Below, piece by piece: positions 8,443 through 17,758 of a DNA stretch of 64,000 nucleotides (the first letter of the stretch is position 1; each line of letters opens with the position of its first letter). The stretch comes from an uncultured Acidobacteriota bacterium (GTDB lineage: Bacteria; Acidobacteriota; Polarisedimenticolia; JACPZX01), in contig CAYNUH010000004.1 of assembly GCA_964400605.1 (NCBI GenBank), positions 11,201-75,200 of the forward strand, written 5' to 3'. The notes under the pieces were generated by a model. It ran no database searches. It saw only the letters and a list, made by a program, of their open reading frames with translations, and had not been told where the DNA came from. A program made the position numbers and the translations under genes.

Positions 8443-10554
8443 ATGACCGAATGCGGACGACGTTGTCCAGCCGCCGCGCGTAGCGCATGGCTCGTGGCGC
8501 TCCTCGCCGCTTCCTTGGCGATCGTCGTCTCCGTCCCAGCCGCGGAGCCCGTTTCGGCCTGGGACGCCTTCCGTCGGGGGGAGAGGCTGGCCGGCGACGG
8601 GGATCTCGCGGGGGCGCTGCGCGCCTACGAGGAGGCCCGCTCGTCCATCGCCGGTGCACCCTCGCTCGATCGATCCCTGGCCGAGGCGCTCACCGTCAAC
8701 CTCTACAACCTCGCCGCCTCGCTGACATCGGCGGGCGAGACCGATCTTTCGCTGCGGTCCATCGAGCAGATCTATTCGCTGCGAAAGATCGCGGGGAAGA
8801 TCCGCGACGCGTCCCTGGAGCGCACGATCCGATCGGGTGCCGAGAGGCTCGCCGACTACGCCGTTTCGGCCGGGAAGGCGGCTTCGGCCCTCCCCATGTA
8901 CCAGGCCATGGTGGACTTCGAGCCGGCCGACGCGGGGCTGAAGGTGCGACTCTCCGCCGCGCTGCTGGCAGCCGGCGATCCGGACAAGGCCAAGGCCGTG
9001 GCGGAAGAGGTGCGGAAGATCGAACCCCGATCCGCGGAGTCGCGAGCGCTGACGGCGCGTGCGGACCTGATGGCGTCGAAGCGCCTGACCTCCCGCGGCG
9101 AGCACCGGGAGGCCAGGCTCCGCACCGAGTGGGCCGCGCAGGATCTCCTTGACGCGCTCCAGATCGAGCGGGACAGCGTCCCGCGGCTGGCGGAGTACGC
9201 GTCGGCGCTGAGCGCCCTCGCCCGCCTCCTCGACGAGGAGGGGGACCACCCCGGGGGCGACGCGGCGCGGGCCCGAGCGCTCGGTGCCCTGGACGAGGCT
9301 GCTGGGCTCTCGCCCGACCAGGGCGGAATCTGGATGGAGCGCGGGCGCCTCCTGGAGATCGAAGGGAGGCACGCGGAGGCCTCGGCGGCCTTCGAGAAGG
9401 CGGCCGGGCTGTTCGAACGCGCGGGCGGCGACTCGGCGCTTCGCCTGGCACCGGAGGCGAGGAAGGCCGAGGCCGCCGGGGTTCTCATGATGATGGCCGA
9501 CGCGGTCAACGAGGCTCGGTTCGATGAGGCCTCTTCGGTTCTCGAGCGCGTGCGACGCCTCGATCCGGCTCTCTCCCGCGCGGCCGACGCGCTCCGGGAC
9601 GCCCTGCGGGAGGCGGAGGAGCAATCGAGGCTCGTGCGCGGAGAGAACGAGCGGATCCTCGCCGCTCACCCCGGCCGGGGAGACAGCCTTCTGGCGCTCG
9701 GCGATCTCGATTTCCTCTATGGGCGGTACGAATCGGCGCGCTCCTTCTACGATAAGCTGGCCCGGGCCGCGGAAGAGAAGCCCCCGGAGGCCGTCATCCG
9801 CGGGCGGCTTTTCAGAACAGCGGGCGTCGCCGCTTCCGAGCCCGCCCGGAAGCTGGAGTTTGACGCGGGCGGGCTGAGGCTTGAGGTCCGCTACGCCGTC
9901 GACGAGGGTCTCGGCGAAGCCCGGAAGGGGCTCGTGGCAGCCTGGCGGCGCGTCGCCGCAGCCCTCGGGCCTTTTCCAGAAGGAGCGCTCCCTCTGGTCA
10001 AGATCTACGCCAACCAGAGGGCTTTCCGCACCTCGGCCGGGCCCCACATCGGAGCCACCGCGACGGGCTCATACGGAAGGGGGACCGTCTCGGTCTTCGT
10101 CGAGCCCGGACGGGGCACCGCGGCATGGGCCACCGTGCTCGGGCGCGAGATCGCCGCGTGGGCCTGCGACCGGATCGGCCGGGGCCGTGCACCCCGGTGG
10201 GTTCGGGAAGGAGTCTCGAGGCGGGCGGCGGGCGAGCCGGGCCGCCCGGACAGGGCCAGGCTCGCTCGCGCCGCCGACGCGGGCGGCTGGATTCCGGCCG
10301 TCTCTCTGGATCTCGCCTTCGCCATGGCCTGGAACGATGGCAGGCGGCTCTCCCTCCTCGAGGAGGAATCGATGCTGCTCATGGCCACGCTCGAGTCGGC
10401 CAAAGGCCTGGCGGCCGCAAGGTCGCTCCTCGAGGCGTTCGCTTCGGGGGCGGGAGTGCCCGCCGACGAGGCTTTCAACATATGTTGCGGCATCGGGCTC
10501 GGCGCTCTCGATGCGGCCGCGCGCGCGAGCCTTCCCGCCAGTCCCCCTTCCTGA
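8443..10554 (+). CDS. Exported TPR protein with degenerate peptidase-MA-like C-terminal domain
   Basis: AGGAGG RBS; signal peptide; TPR-like helices; REIAAW where HExxH is expected, followed by PRWVREG. Confidence 0.65.
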   Translation: MTECGRRCPAAARSAWLVALLAASLAIVVSVPAAEPVSAWDAFRRGERLAGDGDLAGALRAYEEARSSIAGAPSLDRSLAEALTVNLYNLAASLTSAGETDLSLRSIEQIYSLRKIAGKIRDASLERTIRSGAERLADYAVSAGKAASALPMYQAMVDFEPADAGLKVRLSAALLAAGDPDKAKAVAEEVRKIEPRSAESRALTARADLMASKRLTSRGEHREARLRTEWAAQDLLDALQIERDSVPRLAEYASALSALARLLDEEGDHPGGDAARARALGALDEAAGLSPDQGGIWMERGRLLEIEGRHAEASAAFEKAAGLFERAGGDSALRLAPEARKAEAAGVLMMMADAVNEARFDEASSVLERVRRLDPALSRAADALRDALREAEEQSRLVRGENERILAAHPGRGDSLLALGDLDFLYGRYESARSFYDKLARAAEEKPPEAVIRGRLFRTAGVAASEPARKLEFDAGGLRLEVRYAVDEGLGEARKGLVAAWRRVAAALGPFPEGALPLVKIYANQRAFRTSAGPHIGATATGSYGRGTVSVFVEPGRGTAAWATVLGREIAAWACDRIGRGRAPRWVREGVSRRAAGEPGRPDRARLARAADAGGWIPAVSLDLAFAMAWNDGRRLSLLEEESMLLMATLESAKGLAAARSLLEAFASGAGVPADEAFNICCGIGLGALDAAARASLPASPPS

Positions 10555-10578
10555 CAGAAGATCCCCTGAGCCCCCGGA

Positions 10579-11739
10579 TCACGCCGATAGCCGCCGCAGC
10601 CGGAGGCAGGCCTCCTCCAGCTCCGGCATCTTCTTCGCGAAGCACAACCTCACTTGCTGCCTCCCCTCCGCGGGGTCGGCATAGAAGGACCCGCCGGGGA
10701 CGGAGGCCACTCCGGTGGCGGCCAGGATCGTCTCCGCCGCCTCCCGATCGTCGCGATACCCCAGCGCGGAGACGTCCGCCAGGAGGTAGTAGGCCCCCTC
10801 CGGCGCGAACGGCCTCATCCCGGCGGTCGCGCAGGCTTCGACGAGGCGATCGCGCTTCACCGTGTAGGAGCGCTGCAGATCCTCGTAGAAGGAGGGCGGC
10901 AGGTCGAAGGCCGCGATGACGCCGTGCTGCAGCGGCGTCGGGGCGCAGATGTAGAGCAGGTCATTGAGAACTCCCAACCGCGCGGCGATGTCCGCCGGCG
11001 CGACGGTGTAGCCGAGCCGCCAGCCTGTCATGCTGTAGGTCTTGGAGAAGCCCGAGAGGGTGACGGTGTGGTCGGCCATTCCCGGGAGAGACGCGAGGCT
11101 GACGTGGCGCCGGCCGTCGAAGAGGATGTACTCGTAGATCTCGTCGGTCAGCGCGACCGCACGGTGATCGCGGCACAGCTCCCCGAGGACGCGGAGCTCC
11201 GCCTCGGTGAAGACCTTGCCGCAGGGGTTGCACGGCGTGTTGATGACCAGCAGCCGGGTGCGGCGGCCGAAAGCGCGCTCCACCGCGGCCACGTCGAAGG
11301 ACCATCGGGGCGGGCGCAGCGGGACGTAGACCGGGACGGCGCCGCACATCCGGATGATGTTCACATGGTAGGAGTAGAAGGGCGAGAAAACGATGGCCTC
11401 GTCGCCCGGCTCCAGCAGCGCGAGGCAGGCGATGGCGAACCCGCCGGTCGAGCCAACCGTGACCACCACCTGCGTGTCAGGATCGCAGGCGATGCGGTTG
11501 TAGGAGCCCGCTTTTTCCGCGATCCGCCTGCGCAGGAGGTCCAGGCCTTCGAACTTGGAGTAGGTGCTGCGATCCGCCTGGATCGCCTCGGCGGCCGCGG
11601 CTTTGATGAGAGGGTCGGTCGGCTGATCGCAGATCCCCTGGCCGAGGTTGATCCCTCCCAGACGCTCGCACTCGCGGGTCATGCGCCTGATGTCGGACTG
11701 GACGAGCCCTTCGATGCGGGAAGCGAACCTGCGCCCCAT
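10579..11739 (-). CDS. Class I/II PLP-dependent aminotransferase
   Basis: NTPCNPCG, DEIYE, SGFSKTYSMTGWRLG. Confidence 0.92.
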   Translation of the reverse strand: MGRRFASRIEGLVQSDIRRMTRECERLGGINLGQGICDQPTDPLIKAAAAEAIQADRSTYSKFEGLDLLRRRIAEKAGSYNRIACDPDTQVVVTVGSTGGFAIACLALLEPGDEAIVFSPFYSYHVNIIRMCGAVPVYVPLRPPRWSFDVAAVERAFGRRTRLLVINTPCNPCGKVFTEAELRVLGELCRDHRAVALTDEIYEYILFDGRRHVSLASLPGMADHTVTLSGFSKTYSMTGWRLGYTVAPADIAARLGVLNDLLYICAPTPLQHGVIAAFDLPPSFYEDLQRSYTVKRDRLVEACATAGMRPFAPEGAYYLLADVSALGYRDDREAAETILAATGVASVPGGSFYADPAEGRQQVRLCFAKKMPELEEACLRLRRLSA

Positions 11740-11833
11740 GGGCGGGTATTGTAGCCGAACGCCTCGGCCGCGGGCGGGCGCCGAGCCCATGGACGCGAGA
11801 CAGGGCGGCTGCCGCACCGCTCGACGCGTTTCG

Positions 11834-11861
11834 TTGACAGCGACGGACGGCTTTGTATAAT
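11834..11861 (+). promoter_or_regulatory. Consensus sigma70 promoter
   Basis: TTGACA-N16-TATAAT upstream of the barrel genes. Confidence 0.75.
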
Positions 11862-11954
11862 GCGCCCTTCCGGTGCTTGGGTTCTCCGCCGGGATGGGGT
11901 ATCCGTCGCAGCACCCGCGCCGGGGCGCCGGCGGGGGAGTCCGGAGGTCAAGTG

Positions 11955-12698
11955 ATGGTGCGTCGCGCTCTGGTTCGGCTGGCCCTCGCCGCGCTCTGTG
12001 CCGCCACGGCCACGCCCGCCGGAATCATCAAGAAAGCGTACGAGGTGGGCCTCTACGGCGGCATCGAGAGCGGCGACAACAACGAGAACATCTCCTCGGA
12101 CTCCGCCTTCGGGCTGAGGGTCGGTTACGCCTTGACGCCCAAGCTCATGGCCGAGTTGAACGTGGATGCCTTCGATACAAGGCGTGAGGTCACGGGCCTC
12201 GCGGGAGACGCGAGCCAGCCGGCCAACCAGGTGCCTTTCTCCCAGCCCGCCGGCGCGTCGTTCTTGGGATACTCGATCGCCCTCACGGCGAACTTCCTCA
12301 CCGAGAAGGACGCCAACACGAAGCCTTATTTGAGCGTCGGACTGGGCTTCATCACCGAGGAGCGCGACGGCGCCGTCTTCTGCGTCGACACGGACACAGG
12401 CCCGAAAGACCTCAACGGCAACCAGATCACCTCCTGCGCTGACGTCACCCCCGACGGCCGCGTCCTGGATCCCAACAGACCCCGACTCAACCCCGGTGAG
12501 ATCTTCTGGGTCACGACGCTGGACGAGAAGGACACGGGGTCGCTCCTCACGTTCGCCGTGGGCGCCCGGACGTTCTTCAGCGACCGGTTCGGCATCCGTT
12601 ACGAGGGCCGCTACTACCACCACGAGGCCTTCAATGCCAATCAGGACGCTTTCGAGCTGACGGCGGGCGCGACCTTCGTCCTGGGTGGTAAGAAGTAG
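11955..12698 (+). CDS. Outer-membrane beta-barrel protein (OmpA-like 8-stranded)
   Basis: Signal peptide; amphipathic strands (FGLRVGY, KPYLSVGLG, GIRYEGRY); AGATFVLG near C-terminus. Confidence 0.75.
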   Translation: MVRRALVRLALAALCAATATPAGIIKKAYEVGLYGGIESGDNNENISSDSAFGLRVGYALTPKLMAELNVDAFDTRREVTGLAGDASQPANQVPFSQPAGASFLGYSIALTANFLTEKDANTKPYLSVGLGFITEERDGAVFCVDTDTGPKDLNGNQITSCADVTPDGRVLDPNRPRLNPGEIFWVTTLDEKDTGSLLTFAVGARTFFSDRFGIRYEGRYYHHEAFNANQDAFELTAGATFVLGGKK

Positions 12699-13272
12699 GG
12701 TCGCCGCCGCGGGGCTGGTGCTCGCGGCGGGGATCGCCGCCGCGCCGGCCGCCGAACTCTGCGAGGGCTGCTGGGAGGTCGGCGTCCGTGGAGGCTACCT
12801 CGTCCCGTCCACCTCCGCGGGGACCGAGGCGGGCTTCCACGCCGGCGTCGCAGGCAGTTTCCGGTTCAGGCCATTCTGGTCGGTGGAATTCTCCCTCGAC
12901 CGCCACGCCGGATCCATCGAGGATGGACCCGAGGAGACCTTCACCTTCGCCGCGGCCGCCTTCACATACACCTTCCGTTCCACGCGCGAGCAACGCACGC
13001 GCCCCTACGCTCTCTTCAGCGCCGGGCTCATCCACGACGCCGTGGGACCCCGGGCGACCTCCGCACCCACGTCCTCGGGGCCGGTCGCGGCGCGCTCGTC
13101 TCCAGCGAGCGATACCGGACTCGTCTACGGGGTCGGCGCCGGCGCACTCACCTCCCTGACCGGCCGGATCTTCCTCCGCTATGAGGTGCGCTGGCTGTCG
13201 TGGTCCAGCTTCGGAATCGGCCAGGACGCCGCTGACGCGCTCGTGGCGATCACCTTGAGACTCGGACCCTGA
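12685..13272 (+). CDS. Second outer-membrane beta-barrel protein
   Basis: Signal peptide; WEVGVRGG, RPYALFSAG, FLRYEVRW strands; similar layout to the upstream gene. Start uncertain. Confidence 0.65.
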   Translation: MVRSRVAAAGLVLAAGIAAAPAAELCEGCWEVGVRGGYLVPSTSAGTEAGFHAGVAGSFRFRPFWSVEFSLDRHAGSIEDGPEETFTFAAAAFTYTFRSTREQRTRPYALFSAGLIHDAVGPRATSAPTSSGPVAARSSPASDTGLVYGVGAGALTSLTGRIFLRYEVRWLSWSSFGIGQDAADALVAITLRLGP

Positions 13273-13302
13273 ATCGACGCCGGGGCATCGCGGGAAGCGG
13301 CC

Positions 13303-13332
13303 TTGAACGGGGCGCTTTCGGGCGTGTAGAGT
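13303..13332 (+). promoter_or_regulatory. Candidate distal promoter of the polysaccharide cluster
   Basis: TTGAAC-N18-TAGAGT. Confidence 0.4.
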
Positions 13333-13456
13333 GGGATCCGGCCGGGAGGGGCCCGGTCGGTGGCAGCGGTTCGCCGGTCTCGGGGCACCGAAGGACGGAA
13401 CATTCCCGAGAGGGCCGCCGTGGACGGCTCCACCTGGCGAGAGGATCCCGGATCGG

Positions 13457-13486
13457 TTGACAGTCCCGGAGAACGGGACGTATATA
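13457..13486 (+). promoter_or_regulatory. Promoter of the polysaccharide cluster with operator-like inverted repeat in its spacer
   Basis: TTGACA-N18-TATATA; spacer contains GTCCCG-N5-CGGGAC. Confidence 0.65.
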
Positions 13487-13608
13487 GGCCGTTGCCGCGT
13501 TCGCGCCGCGGGCACGGCCCACTTCTTCCGCCGGCAATCGAGTCGGGCCGGGCGCACCGGCGCCCCGGAACCGGATCGCAAGCGGATTTCCACGGCGACG
13601 TTCACGCA

Positions 13609-13627
13609 AAGCAGGGGGGGTAGCGTG
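13609..13627 (+). promoter_or_regulatory. ops/JUMPStart-like element
   Basis: AAGCAGGGGGGGTAGCGTG; core has one mismatch to ops GGCGGTAGnnTG; 23 nt before the first cluster gene. Confidence 0.65.
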
Positions 13628-13650
13628 CCGCCATTCATGCCGGGAGACGC

Positions 13651-15558
13651 ATGGGCCTGAGCCGGTCAAGGGGGGCGCGCCAGGCTGTGGTCCTGCTCGC
13701 CGCCGACATGGCCATCATCGTGGCGGCGTCACTGGCGGCGAACTATCTCCGCTTCGACGCTTTGTTCCCGGACGACTTCGTCAACTTCACGAACTGGCTG
13801 CTCATCGACCTGATCGTCAGCCCGGTCGCCTTCTACGCGCTCGGGCTGTACCGTGGGATCTGGCGCTATGCCAGCATCTCCGACCTGATGCTGATCTCGA
13901 GGGCCGTTGCGGTCAGGACCCTTCTTCTGGTGGCTCTCTTCCTGTTCCTCGGCTACGACCGAGGGGTCCCGCGCTCGGTGATCCTGATCGACGCCATGCT
14001 TGTCCTCGGCCTCGTGGGGGGCGCCCGGCTCCTCACGCGCATGCAGCGGGAGATCGTGCAGACCAAGACTCTGAAGAAGAAGAGGCCGGTCCTGATCATC
14101 GGCGCCGGCGACGCGGGCGAGATCATCTTCCGGGAGATGAAGAACAACCAGCGCCTCGACTATAACCCGATCGGGTTCATTGACGACGACCCGGCGAAGT
14201 GGGGTGTGCGCATCCACGGCGTGCCCGTCCTCGGGGGGTGCGAGGAGATACCGCGGGTGGCGGCCGAGCGGCAGGTCCGCGAGGCCATCATCGCCATCCC
14301 CTCGGCCACGGGCCGCGATCTCGCGGAGGTGTACCGCTACTGCCAGAGGGCCGGCATCCGGACGAAGACCGTCCCGCCCGTGAGCCAGCTCATCGATGGA
14401 CAGGTGCACCTCAGCCAGGTGCGCGACGTGGAGCTGGAAGATCTTCTCGGCCGGAAGACCGTGCAGGTGGATCTCGCCTCCATCGGGGCGAGCCTGCGGG
14501 GGAAGCGTGTGCTCATCACGGGCGGGGGCGGATCGATCGGGCGTGAGCTCGCCCGCCAGATCGCCGAGTTCGAGCCGGAGAGGCTGGTCCTTCTGGACCG
14601 CAACGAAAACAGCGTTTACTTCGTCGAGATGGATCTCCGGAAGCGCTTCCCCACCCTGGCCCTCGACATCGTCATCGCGGACATCCTGGACCGGCCGCGG
14701 GTGCGCGAGGTCTTCGCCGCCTTTCGTCCGCAGACGGTTTTCCACGCCGCCGCGTTCAAGCACGTGCCGATGATGGAGCTCAACTCCGCGGAGGCGTTCA
14801 AGAACAACGTCTTCGGGACCCGGGGCGTGGCCGAGACGGCCACCGACCACGGTTGCGAGCGATTCGTTCTGATCTCGACCGACAAGGCCGTGAACCCCGT
14901 CAGCGTCATGGGCGCCACAAAGCGTCTCGCCGAGATGACGGTGAAGGGGATGAACGGCACGGCCACGCGCTTCGTTTCGGTCAGATTCGGCAACGTTCTC
15001 GGGAGCGACGGCTCCGTGGTCCCCCTGTTCAAGAAGCAGATCGCGGAGGGCGGGCCCGTCACCGTGACCCATCCCGACGTCAGCCGCTATTTCATGACGA
15101 TCCCCGAGGCCGTCCAGCTCGTCCTGCAGGCCGGCACCATGGGGCGAGGCGGGGAGATCTTTTTGCTGGACATGGGCGAACCCATCCCCATCCTGGGCCT
15201 GGCAAGAAACCTCATCGAGCTGTCCGGGTTCAGCCCCGACAGCGACATCCAGATCGTCTTCACGGGTCTCAGACCCGGCGAGAAACTGCACGAGGAGTTG
15301 CACCTCAAAAGGGAGGACGTTCAGCCGACCAGCCACAACAAGATCCTCCGGTGCCGCGACACGGCCGCTCCCGCCGCGGACGTCCTCAGGCATCTGGAGG
15401 CCGTCGAGCCCAGGTTTCGCGCCGAATCCAAGCCGGTAACCGACACCGAGGTGCGCCGCATCCTCGCGGACCTGGTCCCCGAATTCGCGGCGGGCGGCGC
15501 CGACCTCGAAGTCTCCCCCGACGGCGTCCGGGCCGGCGTCGGGCCGGCCTGCACCTGA
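13651..15558 (+). CDS. Membrane-anchored UDP-GlcNAc 4,6-dehydratase (CapD/PglF/WbpM type)
   Basis: N-terminal TM helices; GGGGSIG, HAAAFKHVP, ISTDKAVNP, VRFGNVLGS. Confidence 0.92.
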   Translation: MGLSRSRGARQAVVLLAADMAIIVAASLAANYLRFDALFPDDFVNFTNWLLIDLIVSPVAFYALGLYRGIWRYASISDLMLISRAVAVRTLLLVALFLFLGYDRGVPRSVILIDAMLVLGLVGGARLLTRMQREIVQTKTLKKKRPVLIIGAGDAGEIIFREMKNNQRLDYNPIGFIDDDPAKWGVRIHGVPVLGGCEEIPRVAAERQVREAIIAIPSATGRDLAEVYRYCQRAGIRTKTVPPVSQLIDGQVHLSQVRDVELEDLLGRKTVQVDLASIGASLRGKRVLITGGGGSIGRELARQIAEFEPERLVLLDRNENSVYFVEMDLRKRFPTLALDIVIADILDRPRVREVFAAFRPQTVFHAAAFKHVPMMELNSAEAFKNNVFGTRGVAETATDHGCERFVLISTDKAVNPVSVMGATKRLAEMTVKGMNGTATRFVSVRFGNVLGSDGSVVPLFKKQIAEGGPVTVTHPDVSRYFMTIPEAVQLVLQAGTMGRGGEIFLLDMGEPIPILGLARNLIELSGFSPDSDIQIVFTGLRPGEKLHEELHLKREDVQPTSHNKILRCRDTAAPAADVLRHLEAVEPRFRAESKPVTDTEVRRILADLVPEFAAGGADLEVSPDGVRAGVGPACT

Positions 15559-15655
15559 AGCCCCGCGCCTGACGCCCGTTTCCACAAGGCCGCCTCTCCC
15601 TCCCTCAGGTCCAGGTCTGATTGCCTGGAATTTGTTCAGGAAAGTTCATTTTGGC

Positions 15656-15686
15656 TTGACTACCACCGGGGCTGGCCGTATATGAT
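15656..15686 (+). promoter_or_regulatory. Internal promoter before the export genes
   Basis: TTGACT followed after 17-19 nt by TATATGAT; imperfect inverted repeat CCTGGAA...TTCAGG just upstream. Confidence 0.55.
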
Positions 15687-15841
15687 GCCATCCTTCCAGT
15701 CTTCTTTAGCCATGAAGACCCCTCCCGGGGTGTCCGAGAGGGGGCGGGTCGGGCGTCCGCGCAGGCGCCCCGTCTCGTTTCTGTCGGCTTCGTCGAGCCG
15801 CCCGCACTGATCGGGCCGCTCGACGGCACATGCGAGCCCGG

Positions 15842-16519
15842 ATGAGGCGCGAGGACGCACAGGTTCCATGGAGATGGCGGGTCGCGGCCCTCCTCGCGGC
15901 GGCGTCAATCCTCTGCCTCGACGGGGCGGTCTCCGGCGCGCCGGACGTGCAGAATCAATCCGCCGGAAGGAAAGACGCGGAAACCGGGGAGCTCCGGGTG
16001 ACCATCGCCGGCGTCGGAGATCCCAGGGCCGACTACGAAGACTACGTCATCGGCGTCCAGGACCTCATCCAGGTCACCGTCTGGAAGAACCCCGACCTCT
16101 CGGTGACGGCCCCGGTCCGTCCCGACGGCAAGATTTCCCTCCCCCTCATCGACGACGTGCACGCCGCCGGCCTCACTCCCCAGCAGCTCAAGGATGAGCT
16201 CACGCGCAGATGGAAAGCCTTCCTGAGCGCCCCCGAGGTCTCCGTCATCGTCAAGGAAGTCAACAGTCTCAAGGTATACCTCGTGGGCGAGGTGGCCCGG
16301 CCGGGCGAGCTCTCGCTCAAGGGGAAGACGCGTCTCCTCCAGGCCCTCTCGCTCGCGGGAGGATTCACGACATTCGCCGAGAGGTCGAAGATCATCGTCC
16401 TGAGGGACAACAAAGGCGTCGAGACGCGCTACGAGATCAAATACAAGGACCTCGTGTCGGGAAAGAAGCCGGACGAGAACCTCGTCCTGAAGCCCGGCGA
16501 CACCATCGTGGTTCCGTGA
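15842..16519 (+). CDS. Polysaccharide export protein (Wza-like, Poly_export + SLBB)
   Basis: YVIGVQDLIQVTVW, VRPDGKISLPL, VYLVGEV..PG, LKPGDTIVVP. Confidence 0.9.
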   Translation: MRREDAQVPWRWRVAALLAAASILCLDGAVSGAPDVQNQSAGRKDAETGELRVTIAGVGDPRADYEDYVIGVQDLIQVTVWKNPDLSVTAPVRPDGKISLPLIDDVHAAGLTPQQLKDELTRRWKAFLSAPEVSVIVKEVNSLKVYLVGEVARPGELSLKGKTRLLQALSLAGGFTTFAERSKIIVLRDNKGVETRYEIKYKDLVSGKKPDENLVLKPGDTIVVP

Positions 16520-16530
16520 GGGAGCCGGGC

Positions 16531-17748
16531 GTGAGCACGCAGCGATGGGGGAGGATGGCCGGGCGGTCGGCGGTGGTCTTCTCCCTCGCGGCGAGCCCAA
16601 CCGGAGCCGCGAGCGCCGTATGGGACCTCGGGGGCCAGATCGCGCTGCGCGAGTCCTGGACGGAAAACACAACGTTCACCGCCGCCCCGGGGAACGGCGA
16701 CGCCATCTCGTCCCTGCGGCTCGAGGGGCGCGCGCTCCGGGCCGGCCGCCGCGTGCGGTTCGAGGCCTCGTACGAGCCGAACGGCCAGTTCTACCGGGAC
16801 CGACGGGAACTCAACCGGGTCGCCCACGTGGGGCGCACGATTCTGGCGTGGGAGGCTTCCCCCAGGAGCACTCTCTCGTTCTCCGAATCGTACTCCTACA
16901 CCCCCGATCAGGGCGTCTCGAGCACCTCCTTCCAGGCGCCCCTGCTGTTCACGCGGCTGGGCGATCGGCGCAGCCAGATCGCCGTGACCTCCTGGCGGTT
17001 ACAGCTGAATGGGACCACCGATTTCATCGGAGAGTTCCGGCACCAGATCCAATCGTACAGCGAACCCTCGTTGGCCGACTCGGCCGCTCTTTCTCCTTCC
17101 GCGCGCATCATGAGGAGCGTCGGTCCCCGGGCGGGGATCGATGCCGGTGCCGCGTACGGGTGGAACCGGTTCGAGAGCCCGGTGTGCGAGCAGGTGAGCG
17201 GCGTCACGGGGCGATGCCTCGAGTTCCGGGAGGAACCCCATCGCAGCGAGATCGCCAACCTCTTCACGGGAGGCAACCGCGCTCTGGGCCAGCGCGTCAC
17301 GGCAACCGCGCGTGTCGGCTACAACTTCGTGATCCCCGGCAACGCGGGCGGAGGGACTCGCCGCGGCGTCCAGGCCCAGGCCGGCATCCAGTGGACGGGG
17401 CCTCGCGTGAGCGCGCAGGGGGGATACAACCGCGATGTCTACACGGGGAGCGGCGCCCTCGCCGTCAGCACCGCGCAGTCCGTCTTCCTGAGCGCCGGTG
17501 CCATGCTGACCCGGAGGTTCACGGTCAACGCCATCCTGAACCGGAGCACGTCCCGCAGCCTGGGCGCGGCCCGGCACCAGGAGGTGGACAGCTTCAACGG
17601 TCAGGCGGGCCTCCAGATCCGGCTCCGCGGCGGCGTCAGCGCCAGCGCGGGGTACGCGAGGTACGCACAGAGCTCGGAAAGGCCGGAGGTGCCCGACCAT
17701 CTGGGCTTCAACCGTTACTGGGTCGCTCTCGGCGCCGCCTTCAATTGA
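16531..17748 (+). CDS. Outer-membrane beta-barrel associated with EPS export
   Basis: Many amphipathic strands; C-terminal NRYWVALGAAFN; lies between Wza-like and Wzc-like genes. Confidence 0.7.
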   Translation: MSTQRWGRMAGRSAVVFSLAASPTGAASAVWDLGGQIALRESWTENTTFTAAPGNGDAISSLRLEGRALRAGRRVRFEASYEPNGQFYRDRRELNRVAHVGRTILAWEASPRSTLSFSESYSYTPDQGVSSTSFQAPLLFTRLGDRRSQIAVTSWRLQLNGTTDFIGEFRHQIQSYSEPSLADSAALSPSARIMRSVGPRAGIDAGAAYGWNRFESPVCEQVSGVTGRCLEFREEPHRSEIANLFTGGNRALGQRVTATARVGYNFVIPGNAGGGTRRGVQAQAGIQWTGPRVSAQGGYNRDVYTGSGALAVSTAQSVFLSAGAMLTRRFTVNAILNRSTSRSLGAARHQEVDSFNGQAGLQIRLRGGVSASAGYARYAQSSERPEVPDHLGFNRYWVALGAAFN

Positions 17749-17758
17749 GGAAGAGAAC

